From: Octopus vulgaris
Lineage: Eukaryota
Length of the DNA stretch: 64,000 nt
Direction of reading: 5' to 3'
NCBI GenBank assembly: GCA_951406725.2
Contig: OX597822.1
Span: 2,046,001-2,110,000 of the forward strand
Shown: piece after piece, positions 55,127 through 64,000 of the stretch
Numbering within the stretch: the stretch's first letter is position 1
How the letters are laid out: every line of letters starts with the position of its first letter
The notes under the pieces: generated by a model
Seen by the model: only the letters and a program-made list of their open reading frames with translations
What the model was told of the DNA's origin: nothing
Databases searched by the model: none
Translations under genes and position numbers: made by a program

Positions 55127-55160
<34 letters not shown>

Positions 55161-55548
55161 TGTGTAGTAAGAAGCTTGCTTCTCATCCACATGGTTCCGA
55201 GTTCAGTCTCACTATGTGGCATCTTGGATAAGTTTCTTCTCCTATAGTCTCGGGCCGACCAAAGTCTTGTGAATGCATATGGTAGACGGAAATTGAAAAA
55301 AGACCGCTCGTGTGGCAAAATTATGAGTTGATAATATGTGGAAAACATGTAAAAAGTAGAAAAGAAATGCCTTCGTTTTACATAGTTTAATATCTTTTTA
55401 TAAAGAATAAAAAAATGTTTATACATATTCAATGGATATAGTGATATCCAACCGCTTTTCGCTATTTAAATTAGCTTTTCAAGGGAGATTGTGAAGTAAT
55501 CAATTCTTGTGACAAAGAGGTCTCATCATTTTGGATGCTCGAGAGTGG

Positions 55549-55589
<41 letters not shown>

Positions 55590-55859
55590 CATACATACAC
55601 ACGCACACACATATATATATATATGTATGTATGTGTGTGTGCGTGTGTGTGTTTGTCCCCCCCTTCATGCTTGACAACCGGTGTTGGTGTGTTTATGTCT
55701 CTGTAACAGCTGTTCAGCATAAATGATCGATGGAATAAGTACCAGGTTTTAAAAAAAGACAAAAAGTGCTTAGGTCGATACGTTCGACTATAAATGGTTC
55801 GTGGTGGTACCCCAGGATGGCTGCAGTCTAATGACTGAAAAAAGCAAAAGGTAACATAA

Positions 55860-55956
<97 letters not shown>

Positions 55957-56093
55957 TATATGTTCAGTCTCACTGCGTGGCACCTTAGGTAAGCGTCTTC
56001 TACTATAGCTTCGAGCCGACCGAAGCCTTGTGAGTGAATTTGGTAGACGAAAACTGAAAGAAGCCCGTCGTGCATATGTATGTGTATATATGC

Positions 56094-56147
<54 letters not shown>

Positions 56148-56280
56148 GTTATTGGTACCCAGAAGACCGAAGGTGGCAGGTGAGGCAATGTAAGTGCTAA
56201 GGAAGGACCGTAGTGAAACTCTCGGTTCGGTAACTACATGAGTGAGGAGTTTAATGCGAGTCTTATATGAGCATGTATAT

Positions 56281-56552
56281 GTTAAATAAAAAGCGACAAC
56301 GAAGCCAAGATTGTGTGGAATTTTCAGGACATTTATAGAGAGAAAGCTTGTCTTACAGCTGTTTCTGGTATTTTAGGGATATTCCTTCATCAGAAATGGC
56401 GTGAGAGAGTTAAATTGCGGGTAATTGTAGAGTTCGTCTCTAATGAAGGGATTTCCCTAATATCCCAGAAACATCTGTAAGACCAACTTTTTCTTTATAA
56501 ATGTCTTGAAAATTCCACACTGCCTTGGCTTTGTTGTATCATTATAATTAAC
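56281..56552. mobile_element. Inverted pair of hammerhead-ribozyme-bearing arms (Penelope-like pLTR type, family P4)
   Basis: Minus 56350-56396 CTGATGA..GAAACAGCTGTA; plus 56436-56483 GTCT-CTAATGA-aGGGAT..ATCCCa-GAAACATCTGTA-AGAC. Confidence 0.75.
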
Positions 56553-56631
56553 ACACACACATGCACAAATACACACACATATACATATATATAATACTTA
56601 TACACACACACACATACATACATACACACAC

Positions 56632-56685
<54 letters not shown>

Positions 56686-56688
<3 letters not shown>

Positions 56689-56885
56689 AGACCGTTAGCT
56701 CCTACACGCATTTTTTTCTCTCCTTGTTTCTCTCCTTGTTTCTTTTCTGTGTATCTTTCTGTCGAAGAGCGTAGGCTCGAAACGTAAAGAATTGTTCTAT
56801 TTCTAATCCTGAGCGCCATACTAATACATTTGTTTGTTTGTACTCCACCTGCCTTCGTCTTTTGTTTATTTTCGTAAACCTTCCC

Positions 56886-56886
<1 letters not shown>
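56686..56886 (+). mobile_element. (TA)n-associated short element, family P2
   Basis: (TA)n on both sides. Confidence 0.78.
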
Positions 56887-56933
<47 letters not shown>

Positions 56934-56960
56934 GACATCTCCCCAAGATGCTACACAACG

Positions 56961-57032
<72 letters not shown>

Positions 57033-57188
57033 GACGGGCTTCTTTCAGTTTCCGTTTACCAAATCCATTCAAAAAGCTTTGGTCAGCCCGAGGCTATAGT
57101 AGAAGACACTTGCTCATGATGCTACGCTGTAGAACTGAACAATGAACCATGTGGTTGGTAAGCAAGCTACTCGTCACACAGCCACTCC

Positions 57189-57248
<60 letters not shown>

Positions 57249-57729
57249 CATGTATGTATGTATGTATGCATATATATAATATGTATATTATATATGTATT
57301 TATATACATATATCGATGAATGTGTGCATGCGTGTGCGTGTTATATATGTATATATTCAAATATATGTATATACATATTTGTGCACACAAGTACCCATAC
57401 ACACACATACACTCACACAACTTACATGTACATGCTTATAAATACACATACATAAATACACATAAGTAGATATACTGATAGATTGAGAGGGTCGAGAGAA
57501 AGAGAGGGGCAAGAGAAAGAGAGAAAGAGAGAGAGAGAGATCACATTATTGAGATGAGTGACTGATAAAGTCATGATCAAAAGATATAATTTAGTTAGTA
57601 CCCTACGCCGACAGGGTATCCGGGAATTAAGGCTACCGAAGTTTCGGGCTTTAGTAACTATCATTAAATGTGATTCGTTTTTGGATTTGGTTTGCAAGAT
57701 TCTTTACATGAGTTCGTGTGTTGAAGCAT

Positions 57730-57910
57730 ATTCTGTTGTGTCTGGGGAGAGTCATTTTCATTTTGTGCCTTATACTCACCGGTAAAATTTCACCTATTTC
57801 ATATTTTTATTTTCCTAAAATTTTCGTTGCGTCTTGCAACCTCTTTACCGGTGAGTGTGTTACATTATAAGGCACAAAAAGAAAATGACTCTCCCCAGAC
57901 GCAACAGAAT
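57730..57910. repeat. Foldback with ~60-bp arms
   Basis: attctgttgtgtctggggagagtcattttc..ctcaccggtaaa / tttaccggtgag..gaaaatgactctccccagacgcaacagaat. Confidence 0.85.
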
Positions 57911-58870
57911 AAATGTGTTAAGATATGAAAATTAAACACAGACAATATATTATTTGAATGTATATATGTATGTAAGTATGTACATCTCTCTGTATGTGTA
58001 CCCCTCCCCCACCATATTTATATACAATATGGTTCTGGTTTCCAAATAAAAGACTGCTTTGCTTCTTAATTTGTCACCGAAATAACGTGTGAGCGTTTAA
58101 GCATTCATTTTGAAGGTATATAATATATTCTATTGCACTATAGATTATATTATATTGTAATATATCATATTATATTGTACAATATAATATAATATAATAT
58201 TATGTTATATCATATTATATTATATTATACAATACTTAAAAAAATTTAGGCAGATTTTGAATAGTGTTTAGTCCATTGTTAAAATAACTTTAGTTTTAAA
58301 AATGGCAAATTGATGACGAGGAAAATAGTATTTGACACTGCTAAGGTGTCGTGGAGTCCGCAGAGGTCAAAACAGCAGCTTTCAGGTGTGATGCATATTC
58401 GTCAACTTGTACAAAATATGTACGTTCTCATAAATCCATCATACTTTTCCATCTAGATTTAACTCCAGCTAACCCATTTGCATGCATCGTTTTTATCCTG
58501 CTTTTCTTCTGTCAACCTGTACATAACTGCACCTTCCATTTTTTGTTGTTTTTGTACTGCTTAAAGGCACGTTTCTTTCCTGCCAAGCTTACTGTTTAAA
58601 CCATGTTTGTGTTCTCCCAGTCAACATCCTTATCATTACTGGTACTTTAAAATCTTCGGTTGCATATTTGAGCAAATAAAATTGTTTTTCTTTCGAATAG
58701 AAAAAAGTCTATCTTTATTTCTTCTTTTGCTGGTGTCTCAAATTTAGGTTAAATCAGTGTTTCTCAAAGGGGAAGCCTATGGGACGGTCGGACAAGTTGT
58801 TTTGAGGAAATTTGCTTTAACTGTTTGATAACTCAGCACCGTCCATTGGACGGGGAGGGGCAACGTTTTG

Positions 58871-58906
<36 letters not shown>

Positions 58907-58938
58907 TATGTATGTATGTATATATATATATATGTATG

Positions 58939-59393
<455 letters not shown>

Positions 59394-59668
59394 AGAAAGA
59401 GAAAGAAATGATAGCTAACTAGCTAGATAGATAGATAGATAGACGCATAATAGAAATTTACGTCCATACTAATACACATGTGTCGTATATAAGCAAAATG
59501 CAAACGCGATGATATAAAGACACGCATAACAAACCTTCTGAACCAGTTCCAAATGCAAGCATATCATGCAGCATAGGTTGATCGTATAAATACTACATAC
59601 ATAACATCCTCTTTCGTGGGTATGCTTTGGGTATGTGTGCGCGTGTGCTTTGGTGCATGTGTGTATAC

Positions 59669-59714
<46 letters not shown>

Positions 59715-60149
59715 GTTCTGTGTGTATGTGTGTTAATGTAAGCATGTATACTATTTACAAACATAGACATCTATCTATATATATAGAGATAGGATCCGAT
59801 CCAATTGACAACGTAAGTCAGGTAGGTGACTGATGATACAGTATGGACGGATTTTCGAAGTCCAATGATACCCTACACACCTATTTGATTATGAAGATTT
59901 ACAATCATACTTTCTCAGTGAAACTCAATATACCTACCATTATAAATAATATCAAATGTACCTTTTCGGATTTTTCATAATGTGATGTAAGTCTTTGGTA
60001 TAGCAATTGCATGCGGCTGAAGAGAGCTTTAAAACATATGTTATGTCGATTATACATTGATGTAAGAATAGGTTCTTTTATAAAGCTTGAAACACATGTA
60101 CCGCGACATCCTTTGTGTTTTTTTCTTTCACTTGCTGCATATCTATCTA

Positions 60150-60221
<72 letters not shown>

Positions 60222-60384
60222 TATAAGATTAAGTCCGAAATTGATTCAATATAGAGATAACGAAATTTAAATTTTCTAAAGGTTAGTTGCCCGTTTTCAG
60301 TTTCAATTTTCCTGTAACAAGCGGATTATAAGTGGATAAAACAGTGTATTTGGCTTTAGAATAACCCTCTTTAGCTCTTAATTA

Positions 60385-60457
<73 letters not shown>

Positions 60458-60783
60458 CATATATAACTCCCTGTCCCCCTACATGGCCTTGCTTTTGCTT
60501 TTTGAGCCAATAAAAATTGAATTGAAAAATTAAATTGAATATGTGCTTGTCTATTTTTATGGCTATGTACATGCAGAAATAGATGCAGGAATAGAATATC
60601 AATTAAAGGTTGTGGTAAGGCGGTTTGGTCTTAGATATATAGCTTCTAGTGTCAGGATAAATGAACATACACTCGTTATTACGGTAACTGACCAGGAGCA
60701 AAAGGAGACAGTCATTTAGAAGCCAAAACTACATCATATATAAATATGTGTGTGTGTATACACATTTAGAGAAGTATATACAC

Positions 60784-60853
<70 letters not shown>

Positions 60854-60900
60854 ATATGCATGTGTATATATATACACATATAGAGAAGTATATACATGTG

Positions 60901-60936
<36 letters not shown>

Positions 60937-60955
60937 CATATAGAGAAGTATATAC

Positions 60956-61004
<49 letters not shown>

Positions 61005-61726
61005 CATAGGTATATGTCTTAATGTATTCTCATAAATATATACATACTTATATCTAATATACATATACGTATACATAGGTTCATTCAAATACATATACGC
61101 ATACAACATTATACATAAAGAAGCACACACGCATACACACGCACACGTGTGTTTACATTACGTGTCTGTTAATAAGGTAAAGAGAGGAGGGTTATTGAGG
61201 TTAGATTTAACCGAGACGAAAGACAAAAACAGAGGGAAAGACACGAGACAGACACAGAGAGGAACAAGGAGAGAGGAGAAAAAGAAAGTAAGAAAGAAGA
61301 AAGAAAAGAAGGAAGAAAGAAGGAGAGAAAGATAGAGAGGAAGAAAGGGACAAAAAAAAAAACACAGAGCTACCGTGTGTGTTTATGTGTTGTATTTGTC
61401 TGTGTTCATGTATTGTGTGAAAGCGAGCGGTCGGAAAATGAACTGAAAGGCAGCGGGGAGAAGCAAAAATCTAATAAACGGTTGAGTATATCGTTGGGTC
61501 TAAATATTTATTGCCTTTGTTCGCAACGTTGATTAGTAACCGGAGAGTTCGTTATTGTCTGAGACCTGACCTGGGTACCCTCGTTTTCTCGGGTGGTGGT
61601 GATGGTGGGGTGGGGGGGTGTTGTTAGCGGTAGCTGTGGCTGGCAGCAAATTAGGATATGAAGCGGGTGGTATGAAATAAGAAACGAATGAACGAATGAA
61701 ATGAGACAAAGTGAATTAAGTGCCTT

Positions 61727-61788
<62 letters not shown>

Positions 61789-62377
61789 CACACGCACACA
61801 TACACGCACACAAACACGCGCACACACACACACACGCACGCAATAACAAACACACACAGACAAACGCACACACACACAATCACAAACATACACACACATA
61901 CACACACTCACAGACAAGCGCACGCTCACATACACACACACACATACGTCTATGCAAATACACAGCACGGGCACGTCTCTAAGCACATATACTTTTAATG
62001 GAGTTCGTTTATTGAGATCACTGTTAATGTTATCAGCAGTTATTATTCGCAATAGGGGGTCCCAAGATAATTTTTTGAAATGATATGGTATCAGCTGGCT
62101 ATTTTTATCGATCTTCCTCCTAAAGCGATTACAATGATTATTTTCCACTGTATGTACATATCTATCTTTCTGTCTGTCTGTCTATTCTCTTCACCCCCTA
62201 TGTCTGCCAGTGTACACCTTATAACCTAGGCAATACCGAAGCAGGCATCAAAGATTGGAACAGCTCCCTCACGAAAAGGAATATATCTCGTACTACTGAT
62301 TTAAAAAAGGATTATAACAACTTTGAGGATAAACCCTTAGAAAAATTCTTTTCACAAAATAAGACCAAATATAAGGT

Positions 62378-62770
62378 GTAGGTTTGGCTGTGTTATAAAA
62401 AATTTGCTTGTCAGCCATGTGGATCCAGGTTCAGTTCCAATGCATGGCTCCTTTGCCAAGTGTCTTCTGCTATAGACTCGGGCCGACTAAACACTTGTGA
62501 ATGGGTTTGGTAAGCGTGTGTGTGTGTGTGTGTGTTCGTGTCAGTTGTGCCAGTGTTTGTTCCCCAGAACTGCTTGGCAACCAGCGTTGGTGTGTTTGCG
62601 TCCCCGTAACATTAGCGGTTCGGCTAAAGAGCCCGATAGGATGTGTCATGCCTAACAAAAATATATAAGTACTGGATTGGGTTAATTCGACTAGAAGCAA
62701 ATTCTTCAAGGCGATGCCCCAGCATGGCCGCAGTCTAATTACTGAAAAAATTTAAAAGACAAAAGATAGA
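62378..62770 (+). mobile_element. SINE family B
   Basis: Homology to 23291. Confidence 0.8.
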
Positions 62771-63016
62771 AGATACATTCCAATACTAATAGTGACCCTC
62801 ACCAAGTTACTCGTTGTTGAAAAAAATTGGAAATTTGTATCATAAAAGATGCAAAGAGGCTTGGGAATTTTTTATGTATCCCATGTAGTTGATAGTACTG
62901 GAAAGGAACTAGCTCTACGATGCAATTGTAACTGACACACCAGGAATAATGCTGAGCCCTTTCTATAAAGACATTGGCATATTACATATATCCAGGAATA
63001 TGATGCTAGGGTATAT

Positions 63017-63570
63017 GGATCCTTTCGGTTTGAACGGCAGTTTTTAACATAATTTCCACGTAACTAAAAAATGTTAAACTTCGTATACTGGTAAAATGTG
63101 TTTATGAAACATCTTTTTCTCTTGGCTTTATTGAGAAAATTCTATACTTCGTAACACATTTGGTCTTTAATTTCGTCAATTTCTTCAATTTCAACCAATC
63201 ACTGGCGTCTATTGAGTTAAAAAGCATTCTTAAGTTAAAGAAAGATACACTTCCACCACCCTATGGTTAAGGGTGGGGAAGGGTATCTTTTTATCTTCAC
63301 AAATGTAAATAAACCCAATCTGTTTTTTAAACGAGGGACATATTCATACGGCACAGAATGCTTTTTAACTAAATAGACGCCAGTGATTGGTTGAAATTGC
63401 AAAAATTGAAGAAAAAAAACAACAAATATCTTACAAACTATAGAATTTTCTCAATAAAGCCAAGAGAAAAAGATGTTTTATAAACACATTCTACCAGTAT
63501 ACGAAGTTTTAATTTTTTTTTAGCTACCTAGAAATTATGTTAAAAACTGCCGTTCAAACCGAAAAGATCC
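63017..63570. mobile_element. Symmetric (foldback) variant of the GGATC MITE
   Basis: Both ends carry the long arm (~210 bp inverted); TSD gggtatat/ggatatat. Confidence 0.9.
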
Positions 63571-64000
63571 GGATATATAGAGAGAATATTAGAGAATATT
63601 CATTAATACGGTGTTTATTAGTTTTTAACATTTTAGCTAAGATTAGAATTCAAGATAACATTGGATGGTTTTGGTTTGAAGCTTTGTATCGTATTGTGTA
63701 AAAAATATACACTCTCCTTTACTCTCTCTCTCTCTCTCTGTATATATGTGTGCATATGTATGTGTGTGTGTGTACATGTGCAAATATGCATAATTATGTA
63801 TGGACGCGCACATATACATACACGTGCGTACACACACACACACGCGCGACACGCGCGCACACACACAAACACACACAGATTTATATAAACAGATCTTCGA
63901 TTTCTTCATTTGGATTGGTTTGTTGAAACAATTCTTGCTGTGTCTTATTATTGGCGTAAGAATTCTCCCAAGACACAGCAATTTATGCACATACATGTAT

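Noticed and set aside
58340-58660. Possible RTE-type LINE remnant on the minus strand
   Set aside because: Only vague similarity (KVPV.., KKRAFKQYKN); too decayed to call.
60016-60045. CTGAAGA..AAAACATATGTTA hammerhead-like remnant
   Set aside because: GAAA is mutated and there is no convincing stem I or II.

Overview
AT-rich eukaryotic (animal) non-coding DNA, almost certainly intergenic or intronic sequence from an octopus genome. The species call is inferred from the SINE repertoire, the very high (TA)n/(CA)n/(TAA)n/(TATG)n density and TTAGGG repeats. I found no host protein-coding exon, RNA gene or CRISPR array; nearly all listed ORFs are microsatellite translations. The window is a mosaic of mobile-element relics: at least four tRNA-head SINE families, Dong/R4-type RLE retrotransposon ends in (TAA)n tracts, a CR1-type LINE end, a Penelope-like RT relic, mariner/Tc1/pogo and MULE relics, Helitron/Helentron-type non-autonomous elements, and a GGATC-terminated MITE family with 8-bp TSDs that carries telomeric TTAGGG repeats. 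Three signals stand out. (1) Several unrelated short repeat families carry minimal type I hammerhead-ribozyme-like motifs (CUGANGA..GAAA..palindromic helix III..UH), often as inverted pairs or inserted in (TA)n. (2) Foldback DNA transposons carry telomere-repeat cores. (3) A young SINE subfamily appears to prefer GGTAT target sites. Coordinates were read by eye and may be off by a few bases.
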